A stretch of 64,000 nt of DNA. It comes from an uncultured Candidatus Entotheonella sp. GTDB taxonomy: Bacteria; Tectomicrobia; Entotheonellia; Entotheonellales; Entotheonellaceae. Location: positions 1,376,001 to 1,440,000 of the forward strand of contig CBDCDA010000001.1 of NCBI GenBank assembly GCA_965215335.1. Direction: 5' to 3'. The notes under the pieces are model-generated. The model worked only from the letters and a program-made list of their open reading frames with translations. It made no database searches and was not told the DNA's origin. Positions 30,852 through 39,684 of the stretch are shown here, piece by piece (position 1 is the first letter of the stretch; every line of letters starts with the position of its first letter). The translations under genes and the position numbers were made by a program.

Positions 30852-31505
30852 CTACTGGCCGTCCGGGTAAGCCGTGCCCCAGGCCCAGCCGCCACCGCCG
30901 GAGCCGCGCGCCGCCATGCGCTGGCGCACGACATTGGCGACTTCCTCGCCGTCGCCGGCGACCAGCGCCTTGGTCGAACAGACCGAGGCGCACATGGGCA
31001 GCTTGCCCTCGGCGATGCGGTTGGCGCCGTACAGCCGCCGCTCGCGGTCCGAAAACGGTTCTTCAGGCCCACCCGCGCAGTACGTACACTTGTCCATGAC
31101 GCCGCGCGCGCCGAATGGCGACGATTTGGGAAACTGCGGCGCTCCGAATGGGCAGGCGTACAGGCAATACCCGCAGCCGATGCACGTCTCCTTGTTCACC
31201 TGCACGATGCCGTCCGCGCGGTGATACAGCGCGTCCACCGGGCACACCGCCACGCACGGCGCCTTGGAGCAGTGCATGCACGGCACCGCCACGTTGGACT
31301 CGCCGGCCTCGCCCTCGTTCACCGTCACGACGCGGATGCGCGCGATGCCCTCGGGCACGTTGTTCTCGTTCTTGCAGGCCACCTCGCAGCCGCCGCACTC
31401 GATGCAGCGCTTCACGTCGACGTAGAACTTCAAGCGCGCTGGAGCGTGTTTTGCCTGCGGTCCTTCCGATTCACGAAACGGAATGGTCACTTGCGTCTGC
31501 GCCAT
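30852..31505 (-). CDS. fdhB: Formate dehydrogenase Fe-S (beta) subunit, FDH3-type
   Basis: Cys clusters CIECGGC, CMHC...C...CP, CIGCGYC...CP, KCTYC; ends GWAWGTAY. Confidence 0.92.
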   Translation of the reverse strand: MAQTQVTIPFRESEGPQAKHAPARLKFYVDVKRCIECGGCEVACKNENNVPEGIARIRVVTVNEGEAGESNVAVPCMHCSKAPCVAVCPVDALYHRADGIVQVNKETCIGCGYCLYACPFGAPQFPKSSPFGARGVMDKCTYCAGGPEEPFSDRERRLYGANRIAEGKLPMCASVCSTKALVAGDGEEVANVVRQRMAARGSGGGGWAWGTAYPDGQ

Positions 31506-31537
31506 GTTCGGCTCCTTTTTTAGCGGTGCGCGCCTGC

Positions 31538-34372
31538 TCAGGCTTTGCTGATGCGGCACAGGCCGGTCTTGGTTTCCTGCATCTGGGTCACCCGGTCATA
31601 GCCGTAATTGGTCACGATGTTGGCGGATTCGCCCAAGCCGTACGGGACGTAACCCGCCGGGTACTTGCTGGCCAGCGATTCGCCCTCGAGCATGCCGCCC
31701 CAGTGAAAGGGCAGATAGACCATGTCGGGGCTTACCCGCTTGGTGATCTTGGCCTTCACCTTGATGCGGCTCGGCCTGCCGTCCTGGTCTTCGGGGCTCT
31801 CGATCCATACCCAATCGCCGTGCTTGAGGCGGTGATCATTCGCCAGCCTGGGGTGAATCTCCACGTACATCTCCGGCTGCAGCTCCACCAGCCACCAGCA
31901 GGCGCGCTCGCTGTTGCCGCCGCCCTCGAATTCCACCTGCCGGCCGCTGCTCAGGATGATGGGGTAGTCCTGCACCCAGTCCGGCTTTTGCAGGCTCTTG
32001 TACAGGGTGGGCACGCGGTAATGGTCCTTCACGTCGTCGTACGTCGGCCACTGCTCCACCAGGTCCGGGCGTGGGCTGTGAATCGGCTCGCGGTGCGCCG
32101 GCACCGGATCGGGGATGTTCCACGAATTGAACCGCGCACGGCCGTTGCCGAACGGCGCCAGCTCCCTGGCCATAGCGTCCGCGAATACCTGGCCCGTCAG
32201 GTCCGTCTTCCAGTCCTGCAGTTCCACGTAACCGCCGTTGATCGAGCTGCCCGCCGGGGCCGAACCGGTCGCCGCCAGCAGCGCGTCGCCGTCCGGCGCC
32301 CGCGCTCCCCAGCGCGCCCGGAAGCCCAGGCCGCCCTGTGACACCGGAATGTCGGTGCGGTACAGGATGTGGGTGCCGGGGTGCTGCTCGGTCCAGCACG
32401 GCCACGGCAGGCCCCACTGCTCGCCGTCCAACGGACCGCCGACCGCCTTCTTCGATTTGACGTCGAAGGCGTGCGCCCATTCCTGCTGGCGCTTGATGCG
32501 CTCGTACGTCTGCCCGGTCATGCCGATGGTGCGCATGCCGAGGTTCCATTCCCGGATGATCGACGCGTAGGTCTCTTCCGGCAGTTCCTTCACGCCCCGC
32601 ATGCTCTGCGGCACGCCCTGCCAGGCGGCCTGCGCGTTGCGGGTCAGGCCGTCCTTGAATCCCAGGCGCTCGGCCAGGTCGAGCAGGATGGCCAGGTCGG
32701 AGCGCGATTCCCACACTGGCGCGACCACGCGGTTGCGCCATTGAATATCACGGTTGGAGTTGGTCACCGAGCCGTACTGCTCGTAGACCGTCGCCGCCGG
32801 CAGGATGTAGACGCCGTCCGGGCGGTCCGGCAGGATCGAGGTGGTGGTGACGAACGGGTCGATGTCGACCAGCAGGTCCACCTTTTCCAGGGCGCGCTTG
32901 ATGCGGTCGAGCTGCGACTGGCAGTTCGTCGAGTGCCCCCAGTAAAAGGCGGCGTGGACGTTCACGTCCTGCCCCAGTTCCTCGGCGTCGAGCAGCACCC
33001 CCTCGTACCAGCGGGCCACCGTAAAGCCCACCTTCTGCATCATCTTCTCGTTGGTGAAGCGCGACTTCAGTGCCTCCACGTCGGCGCCCCAGACGTTCGC
33101 CCAGTGATTCCACGCCCCGGCGCCCAGGCCGTAGTAGCCGGGCAGGGTGTTGGACAGCACCCCGAGGTCGGTGGCGCCCTGCACGTTGTCGTGGCCGCGG
33201 AAGACGTTGGTGCCGCCGCCCGGCACGCCCATGTTGCCGAGCACCAGTTGCAGGGCGCAGTAGGAGCGGGTGATCGACGTGCCGTTGGTATGCTGCGTGC
33301 CGCCCATCGCCCAGATGACCGTGCCGGGCCGGTTATCGGCCATGGTTCTGGCGATGCGCTCCAACTCGGCCTGCGACACGCCGGTGATGTCCGCCACCGT
33401 GTCCGGGTCGAACTTGCCCACCTCGTCCACCAGCGCCTGCAGGCCGTAGGTGCGCTCGTTCAGCGTTCGCTTGTCTTCCCAGCCGTTCTTCAGGATGACG
33501 TGGATCAGACCGTAGATGAACGCCACGTCGGTGCCCGAGCGGATGCGGGCGTACTGGTTGGCAAAGGCCGCCGTCTTGCTGAAACGCGGGTCGACGACGA
33601 TCACCTGCGCCCGGTTCACCTCCTTCGCCGTCAGGATGTGCTGCATGGCGATGGGGTGCGAGGTGCAGACGTTCTCGCCGATAATCATGATGCTGCGGCT
33701 GTGGCGGATGTCGTTCATCGAGTTGGTCATGGCGCCGTAGCCCCACACGTTGGCGAGGCCGGCGACCGTGGTGGAGTGGCAGATACGCGCCTGGTGGTCG
33801 ATGTTGTTCGAGCCCCAGAAGGCGGCGAACTTGCGCAGCGCGTACGCGGTTTCGTTGTTGTGATGCGCCGAGCCGAGGAGCATGAGGGCGTCGGGCCCGT
33901 GCCGTTCGCGGATGTCCTGGAGCTTGGCGACGATTTCGCTCATCGCCTGATCCCACGATAGCCGCTGCCACTGCCCGTTGACGCGCTTCATGGGATAGCG
34001 CAGGCGCTTCTCGCTGATGACGTGCTCGCGCGCCGCGGCGCCCTTGGAGCACAGGCTGCCGAGATTGATGGGGTGCTCGAACCACGGCTCCTGGCTCACC
34101 CACACCCCGTCCTGCACCTCGCCCACGAAACCGCAGCCGACGGCGCAGTTGCCACAGATCGTTTTGACTTGCTCCAGCTGCGGCAGATTCAATGCCCCCG
34201 GCTCCTGGGCGGCTTCGGTCTCCTTGACCAGCCCGGCGGTCATCGAGGCGGCCAGGCCACCGAGGCCGGCGGCGCGCAGAAAATGGCGCCGGTCGAGGCG
34301 CGGGTTCAGGGCTTGCGGCCATCCCGGCTGTCGCGCCGGGTCGCCGTGGTCCTGCCGACGGATGAGTTTCAT
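31538..34372 (-). CDS. fdhA: Formate dehydrogenase alpha subunit (Mo/W-bisPGD, Cys ligand, Tat-exported)
   Basis: DRRHFL Tat motif; CGNCAVGC...CSKG; QARICHSTT; RGHDNVQG; TQMQETK. Confidence 0.95.
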   Translation of the reverse strand: MKLIRRQDHGDPARQPGWPQALNPRLDRRHFLRAAGLGGLAASMTAGLVKETEAAQEPGALNLPQLEQVKTICGNCAVGCGFVGEVQDGVWVSQEPWFEHPINLGSLCSKGAAAREHVISEKRLRYPMKRVNGQWQRLSWDQAMSEIVAKLQDIRERHGPDALMLLGSAHHNNETAYALRKFAAFWGSNNIDHQARICHSTTVAGLANVWGYGAMTNSMNDIRHSRSIMIIGENVCTSHPIAMQHILTAKEVNRAQVIVVDPRFSKTAAFANQYARIRSGTDVAFIYGLIHVILKNGWEDKRTLNERTYGLQALVDEVGKFDPDTVADITGVSQAELERIARTMADNRPGTVIWAMGGTQHTNGTSITRSYCALQLVLGNMGVPGGGTNVFRGHDNVQGATDLGVLSNTLPGYYGLGAGAWNHWANVWGADVEALKSRFTNEKMMQKVGFTVARWYEGVLLDAEELGQDVNVHAAFYWGHSTNCQSQLDRIKRALEKVDLLVDIDPFVTTTSILPDRPDGVYILPAATVYEQYGSVTNSNRDIQWRNRVVAPVWESRSDLAILLDLAERLGFKDGLTRNAQAAWQGVPQSMRGVKELPEETYASIIREWNLGMRTIGMTGQTYERIKRQQEWAHAFDVKSKKAVGGPLDGEQWGLPWPCWTEQHPGTHILYRTDIPVSQGGLGFRARWGARAPDGDALLAATGSAPAGSSINGGYVELQDWKTDLTGQVFADAMARELAPFGNGRARFNSWNIPDPVPAHREPIHSPRPDLVEQWPTYDDVKDHYRVPTLYKSLQKPDWVQDYPIILSSGRQVEFEGGGNSERACWWLVELQPEMYVEIHPRLANDHRLKHGDWVWIESPEDQDGRPSRIKVKAKITKRVSPDMVYLPFHWGGMLEGESLASKYPAGYVPYGLGESANIVTNYGYDRVTQMQETKTGLCRISKA

Positions 34373-34418
34373 CGTCTGTTCTCCTCAAAAGCGATGGATA
34401 GCACGACTCGTCACGGAT

Positions 34419-34625
34419 CTACTGATACAAGGTTCGGTAATAACGCTCGGTCTCCGCGCTGCGGCGGTAGAGAATCGGCCCCCTGGCCGGCGTGGCTTCG
34501 GGCTGCGCCGCACGCCCGCGCCGGGGGCGGGAAAGCAAGGCTGCCGTCGCACCCAGGCCCGCCAGCATCCTGGCGAGAAACGTGCGCCGTTCCTGTCCTG
34601 TTTGGGATCCACCGTTTCGTGACAT
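34419..34625 (-). CDS. Small Tat-motif FDH-associated protein
   Basis: ERRTFL...YRRSAETERYYRT, immediately upstream of fdhA. Confidence 0.75.
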   Translation of the reverse strand: MSRNGGSQTGQERRTFLARMLAGLGATAALLSRPRRGRAAQPEATPARGPILYRRSAETERYYRTLYQ

Positions 34626-34933
34626 GCTCGGTCTCCTTTCCAAAAAGCAGTGGTTAGTGTGGAACATACAAGCCCCAACGTATCACGGAATATCAGAACG
34701 CCTCGTGCGCTCAGCGTACTCCTTTGTAATGTCCGCGTCGATTTGATCATTAGAGTGCCTGCATACGCTCACGAATAGGCGATATTCCTATCTGCCTGCC
34801 GATGTCCAAGCATCCTTCCCCAACACTTCAGAACCATCCTTGATTTGATTCCTAACCTACGTTCCCAATGTAAACTTGGTACCGCTTATAGCGGTTTTCG
34901 TTATTTCGTTATTATGTCTGGCCTATTACGGCA

Positions 34934-35149
34934 TCAGATACTCAGCGTTGGTTTGCCTATTGAGAGCTCCCATATAGCTATACGAAAACCGCTATAATAC
35001 CGGCGCTGTGCAGGCAAAAAGGTCAAAGACCTGCCCACCAGGACCCACCAAAGGCTAATTCGATTGTACTTCCCTCTTGTTCCCGGTGCCTCCGCGATAA
35101 AAGCCAACTGCGCGTCTCTCGGTCCCCGCTGGTAGCGATTGTTCTCCAT
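34934..35149 (-). pseudogene. Possible uracil-DNA glycosylase (family 4-like) N-terminal fragment
   Basis: GPRDAQLAFIAEAPG motif, then no further similarity. Confidence 0.4.
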
Positions 35150-35167
35150 CTCATCTTCCTTACCCTC

Positions 35168-35476
35168 TCATGTAAACTTGCAGACTGCTACTTTCTCTTG
35201 CAATCTCTTCATATCTCTTGCAACCTTCCCGCAGTCGTAGACATATCGTTCGTTCAGTCGCTTTTTATCACGGCAAAACTTAATCATCCGATTAAACGCT
35301 GCCTCCTCCTCCGCAACCCTGTAGCAATCCAACTCGTACTTGTTATATGGCGCGCTTAGGTGTGTATTAATACCAATCGCCATTCCCAAAAATACCAGCA
35401 AGCCGGCTCCAACTAGTAACCACCGTTCAGCGTAGGACCATCTAACAATACGCATCTCTCTTTTCCTCTTGCGCAC
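35168..35476 (-). CDS. Hypothetical membrane-anchored protein (cassette-like)
   Basis: One TM helix followed by a 4-Cys domain; low GC. Confidence 0.55.
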   Translation of the reverse strand: MRKRKREMRIVRWSYAERWLLVGAGLLVFLGMAIGINTHLSAPYNKYELDCYRVAEEEAAFNRMIKFCRDKKRLNERYVYDCGKVARDMKRLQEKVAVCKFT

Positions 35477-35866
35477 CCTTCACCAATATCCTCATTATGT
35501 CGTAGAAGTGATTCTTGTTCCTCATTGTCCAAGTCCCAGCCAGTTCCCCACGTTCTGTTCTTGTAAGCCATGAGCAGCGTTACTCTGCTGTTACCCTGCT
35601 ACCAAGGAGCAGCACGAGAATCTTAACGTGGTCGGGGAAGAGGCTACGAAGTATCTGCCCCATCAAGTCCTCCGGCCTCTTTCGTGGAGTGGCGCCATTG
35701 GGGCCGACACTCCAGATGTCGGGCCACGACGTCTGTTGTGTAGCATAAAAAAACTCATCGCCTCAACGCGACCCATAGCTTCGACATCTCGGAGTCTCGG
35801 TCCCATCCGAGCTGCGAAATCGTGAGATATAGAGCGAACCCACTCCCGACTAGGATGCCCACATAC

Positions 35867-36288
35867 TCACGTTACGACGTGCCAAGTAGGACGTGGATCG
35901 GCATCTCCCAGCAACCCCAGCATAAAGAAAACGAGAAACGCAGTTCCAAAGGCGACGTTCAGTATTAGCAAAACCAAGGATGTAGCTCCTCGGTATGTAG
36001 GAGCGATCCAGACCCCACCTAGTGCCCTGGAACTGAAGTTCAGGTGATTATATGGGACAGTTTCCCCAATAAAATCAACGAAGTAAAAACAAACGAATTT
36101 TGGAATCAGGACACTAGAACGAAACCGGCACCGCCGGCCACGCCCGCGGGGTAGACCCTGACTAGCTCTTCTGGAACACTTGTGAACATAAGCATTAACG
36201 TTGTCACCCAATAGACGACAGTAAACGCTGCGATGAAGGAGATGACGGCGCCGGGAACAACGAATATCCATCTAACCACGTGAGACAT
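35867..36288 (-). pseudogene. Membrane protein gene interrupted by a MITE
   Basis: Removing 36022-36116 joins ...GAGFVL to GGVWIAP... in frame. Confidence 0.65.
36022..36114. mobile_element. 93-bp IS630-like MITE
   Basis: Ends GTGCCCTG/CAGGACAC; TA duplicated at 36020-21 and 36115-16 (CTAG context). Confidence 0.7.
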
Positions 36289-36491
36289 CGTTCATCCCAA
36301 CCCCTAACTTGATTAACAGGCAATTCTGCTGATAGCCTAGGCTTGTCTTGTTTCAAGCAGAGCCGCCATGTTGCGTGTACTACCGCTAGAGGTGTCCAAT
36401 GGCGCCTGCCCAAATTCTGCTGAAAGATTTCGGTCTACCAGTGACCAGAGAAAGGCAGAGATTTTCTTCACTCTCCTCTATACGTGGCCGC

Positions 36492-36563
36492 TCAGCTGAC
36501 GCACAGCAGCGAGGCGCAGGAAAAATCACCATCGGCGCTGCGGTCAACGGCGACGCGGAGTTC
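36492..36563 (-). pseudogene. Diverged 3-prime remnant of the 82-aa gene at 38555-38803
   Basis: Encodes ELRVAVDRSADGDFSCASLLCVS-stop, vs ...RDADGDFPCASLLCVS-stop. Confidence 0.75.
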
Positions 36564-36582
36564 CGTCTGCTGTAACCAATTG

Positions 36583-36906
36583 CTAGGCGCTCAAAGACCT
36601 CATGATTTGCGCTGCCACCAATGTCACGAGCCCATACCAGATTACCTTGAAAACGTACCATTGGGCGAGCTTGTACCAATATAGCGGCGAACCTGGAGCT
36701 GATTTTTGATTTAGGTCGTTTAGGGGATTAGCTAGGAAGCGGTTTCGAATGTAGAAATGCAGGCGAATCATGTCGATGGCTTGCGTAACCAAAGCGAGAA
36801 CCATGCTCGCACGTACTCCGGGTGCAGACCAAGTCATGTAGCTCGCACCCAACACGCCAGCAATTAGGTGAAGAGTGTGATTCCACACCATTTCAATTCG
36901 GCCCAA
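36583..36906 (-). CDS. Hypothetical membrane protein (cassette-like)
   Basis: About 3 hydrophobic segments; followed by the attC-like left half GCCTAGCAATTGGTTACAGCAGACG. Confidence 0.55.
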   Translation of the reverse strand: MGRIEMVWNHTLHLIAGVLGASYMTWSAPGVRASMVLALVTQAIDMIRLHFYIRNRFLANPLNDLNQKSAPGSPLYWYKLAQWYVFKVIWYGLVTLVAAQIMRSLSA

Positions 36907-37192
36907 ATGAGAAGATGACGGCAGCCCACGCGGCTAACGAAGAAATAATAGAGGCAATGGCGGAGAAAACTGCAATCCACCACAGGCGAGCTTCTCTCAT
37001 GCTTCTAGCTGCCTCCTGAATTCTTCTCACCACTTCCTCTTCCAGATGCTTGCTGCCATCACCGCCATAGGTTGAAGAAAGGCTGCAGCCCAGTTTCTGC
37101 GCCAGCTCACGGAGAGCGACCGCCCGCTCTGCTCTTTCCATAGCCATTATCTTCTTGATTCTCCGCTGAGCATTCATCCCGACATCCTTCAC
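36893..37192 (-). CDS. Hypothetical protein with C-terminal TM helix (cassette-like)
   Basis: Preceded by GTTAGGAGG (attC core overlapping an RBS). Confidence 0.55.
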   Translation of the reverse strand: MKDVGMNAQRRIKKIMAMERAERAVALRELAQKLGCSLSSTYGGDGSKHLEEEVVRRIQEAARSMREARLWWIAVFSAIASIISSLAAWAAVIFSFGPN

Positions 37193-37201
37193 GGTGGCGC
37201 C

Positions 37202-37255
37202 TCCTAACTGCTGACGCCCCCCCTTTAGCCCGTCGCCTCGCTCTCCGGGTTATGT
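37202..37255 (-). other. Degenerate attC-like site
   Basis: Minus strand ACATAAC...GTTAGGA, between the DUF2442 3-prime end and the next ORF. Confidence 0.45.
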
Positions 37256-37518
37256 ATCAGCTGAGCCTGGAGCGGAAAACGATCAGGATGGCGAATCGTT
37301 TCCACTCCGAGATCAACGTCCATCTCGGGCCAATAGAAGTGACCGGGAGTTGGTTCCCTCACGTTCAGAATTTTCCCCACAGAAGCATCCTTGAACCACG
37401 GAAAATCCTCATAAGAAAGAAAAAGTTCCTCTACGCCGGCGAGTAGCCAGACGCCATGTGCGGAGATGCTCGTAATCTCAACTTCCGAAGTGCCTATGCC
37501 AAGAGGCTCGGAACTCAT
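37225..37518 (-). CDS. DUF2442 protein (antitoxin-like)
   Basis: GVWLL...LFLSYEDFPWF...HFYWPEMDVDL...PDRFPL. Confidence 0.82.
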   Translation of the reverse strand: MSSEPLGIGTSEVEITSISAHGVWLLAGVEELFLSYEDFPWFKDASVGKILNVREPTPGHFYWPEMDVDLGVETIRHPDRFPLQAQLIHNPESEATG

Positions 37519-37716
37519 CTTGATGCTCCTCCACTATTCTTTCCGCTTCCTTCAATTGGCTACGCGACAATCCATAGTTTCTCGCGAGTTCAATCCCCGC
37601 TTCCAACCAAAATTGGCCTCACCTTCCGCACAGATAACGTGAACATGCGTTCGCGGCTCCTCTCGTTAGAAGAAAAAGAATCGAAATCCCTGCTCTCTGT
37701 GAATGGTGGGAGCTAT
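37480..37716 (-). pseudogene. DUF4160 (HicA-like) gene remnant
   Basis: PTIHREQGFRFFFF-stop-REEPRTHVHV...EA, frameshift, FWLE...LARNYG...WHRHFGS. Confidence 0.75.
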
Positions 37717-37919
37717 CAGGGGTTCCGTACTGCTGCTTCCGCCACTGGCTTGCGCCGAGACATGGTGAAGCACACAGATCTCGGTTTTCTTCACCCTTCT
37801 CCGCGCGTGACCGCCTTAAAGTGCGTTCACGTTAACACCAAGATTTTTACAAAGGCGTACTCGGTTCTGACCAAAACGGCTTCACAAGCACCTCGACTCC
37901 AAAAATTCTTAATCTCAAA

Positions 37920-37979
37920 CGAAACACACCTTAGTTGAGCCGCGCCGATTTATGGCGTCGGCTCAAATGACTGGCTAGC
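37920..37979 (-). other. attC-like recombination site
   Basis: Minus strand GCTAGCCAGTCATTTGAGCCGACGCC-ATAAATC-GGCGCGGCTCAACTAAGGTGTGTT: a 12-bp stem with one extrahelical base, starting at the toxin stop codon. Confidence 0.65.
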
Positions 37980-38268
37980 GGTCATGTCTCCCCATCCAAT
38001 AGCCTGGACGCCGCCGATGATGTGAGACGGCTACGACTACGAGATCATCGTCTTCGAGCGTGTAGATCAGCGTGAAAGGGAATTTGCGGAGCGGGAATCG
38101 ACGGAATTTCCCAACTCGCCTGCCGATGTTGGGTTGATCAAGCAATAGCCCCACACATCCCTCCACTTCGTCCAGAAACCGCTCTCCGAGTCCGGTCGCA
38201 TGATCTTCGTAGAGTTGGGCCGCCTCCAGCATCTCCTCTTCAGCCGGGTCGAGGAAACGGAGGTTCAT
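37975..38268 (-). CDS. RelE/ParE-family toxin
   Basis: AEEEMLEAAQLYE...GLGERF...RRFPLRKFPFTLIY...AVSHHRRRPGYW. Confidence 0.9.
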   Translation of the reverse strand: MNLRFLDPAEEEMLEAAQLYEDHATGLGERFLDEVEGCVGLLLDQPNIGRRVGKFRRFPLRKFPFTLIYTLEDDDLVVVAVSHHRRRPGYWMGRHDR

Positions 38269-38498
38269 CGTCTGAGTCGCGCGCGAACTCGTACAAAGAC
38301 CTCCGCCGCCGGGTGCGAACACATCTCGTCACGCCGGTACGCCTCGTAGCGCCGGGCTGCCTCATCGAGCCAGAGTTGCTCGACGGCCTCATCCAAGTCT
38401 TCGTCCAAAGAATCGATCAGCGTTCGCGCCAATTCCGCCTTCTGATTCGGATTGAGCTTGTCAAGCTCCTCTCGCAGCGCCGAAGTATCTCGGGCCAT
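38265..38498 (-). CDS. Addiction-module antitoxin (TIGR02574-like)
   Basis: LNPNQKAELARTLIDSLD...WLDEAARRY; 4-nt overlap with the toxin. Confidence 0.88.
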   Translation of the reverse strand: MARDTSALREELDKLNPNQKAELARTLIDSLDEDLDEAVEQLWLDEAARRYEAYRRDEMCSHPAAEVFVRVRARLRR

Positions 38499-38554
38499 CT
38501 TCGTTACTCCCAAAGGCAAAGTGAACAGTTTCAGTTTACTTTGGTTGGGCCCGC

Positions 38555-38803
38555 TCAGCTGACACACAGCAATGAGGCACAGGGGAAATCGCCATCGGCG
38601 TCGCGCCCGGCGACTTCGACCTCCACCTCGAAGCCTTCCTGCAGGTCGGCCAACTCTCCCCCCATCGTGCCCATGGTCTCGGGCTCGGCCACCTCGATCA
38701 CCGCGCCGTCGGGAAACGTGATGGGGAGGTCTTCGCCCTCGTGGGTGGTAATGATGCCTTTGCGATTGGCAACGTCCAGCTTCTTGATGCGTCCTGCGAT
38801 CAC
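38555..38803 (-). CDS. Small acidic hypothetical protein, OB-fold-like pattern
   Basis: Host-like GC; GRIKKLD...LADLQEGFEVEVEV; co-oriented with the fdh accessory genes. Confidence 0.65.
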   Translation of the reverse strand: MIAGRIKKLDVANRKGIITTHEGEDLPITFPDGAVIEVAEPETMGTMGGELADLQEGFEVEVEVAGRDADGDFPCASLLCVS

Positions 38804-38823
38804 CTGCTCACCTGCTCTTTCTA

Positions 38824-39666
38824 GGCTCAGGACCTATAAAAGGGTATCATTGATCATGTAGGATTCAAGACCCTAACTTCATAAGGAGGTTCATCATGCC
38901 CGATCACTGCTTCTGGCTATCCGACGTGCAGTTTGCCCGCCTGAAACCCCTGCTACCCACCAAGGTGCGGGGCGTCCCACGCGTCGATGACCGAAAAGTC
39001 ATCAGCGGCATCATCCACGTCATTCGATACGGTCTGATGTGGCGCCACGCGCCCGCCTGCTACGGTCCCCACAAGACGCTCTACAACCGCTTCGTGCGCT
39101 GGAGCAAGGCCGGTGTCTTCGACCGCATCTTCCAAACCTTGGCCGCCGACAGCACGGCCACCGAGACCGTCATGATCGACAGCACGCATCTCAAGGCGCA
39201 TCGCACCGCTGCCAGCCTGCTTGAGGGGGGGCTTTTCCGCGTCATATCGGGCGTACCCGAGGCGGCCTCAACTCGAAACTTCACGCCGTCTGCGACGGCG
39301 ACGGCAAGCCCGTCGTCATGGTGTTGACTGCGGGCCAGGTCAGCGACTATCGCGGGGCAGACATGGCGCTGCCCGCATTGCCGGAGGCCGACGTGCTGAT
39401 TGCCGACAAGGGTTATGACAGCAACCGGCTGCGCAAGGCGCTTGCCGAGCGCAAGATCAAGCCCTGTATTCCAGGCCGTGCCAATCGTAAAGAGCCGATT
39501 GTCTACGACACGGAGCTTTACAAGAGCCGTAATCTCATTGAGCGCCTGTTCGGTCGTCTCAAGGATTGGCGTCGCATCGCCACGCGCTATGACCGGTGTG
39601 CGCACACCTTTTTCAGTGCCATCTGCCTTGCTGCCACGGTCATCTTCTGGATATGAGTCCTGAACC
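38824..39666 (+). mobile_element. IS5 family (IS427-group-like) element, copy 1, 843 bp
   Basis: TIRs GGCTCAGGACCTAT/ATGAGTCCTGAACC; TA duplication; orfA 38896-39327 plus orfB to 39656 in the -1 frame (IDSTH, ADKGYD, RNLIERLF). Confidence 0.93.
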
Positions 39667-39684
39667 TAGTAGGCGCACAAGTGC

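Larger units (their letters stand above)
34850..38550 (-). mobile_element. Decayed integron-like cassette array (attC cluster, no integrase in window)
   Basis: Lower GC; short co-oriented ORFs; two TA modules; attC-like hairpins and GTTAGG cores. Confidence 0.6.

Noticed and set aside
31538..34372. Selenocysteine in FdhA
   Set aside because: The active site reads ARICHS with a Cys codon and the ORF has no internal TGA.
36488..38610. Diversity-generating retroelement TR/VR pair
   Set aside because: Differences are mostly synonymous transitions in both directions, not adenine-specific, and no reverse transcriptase is present.
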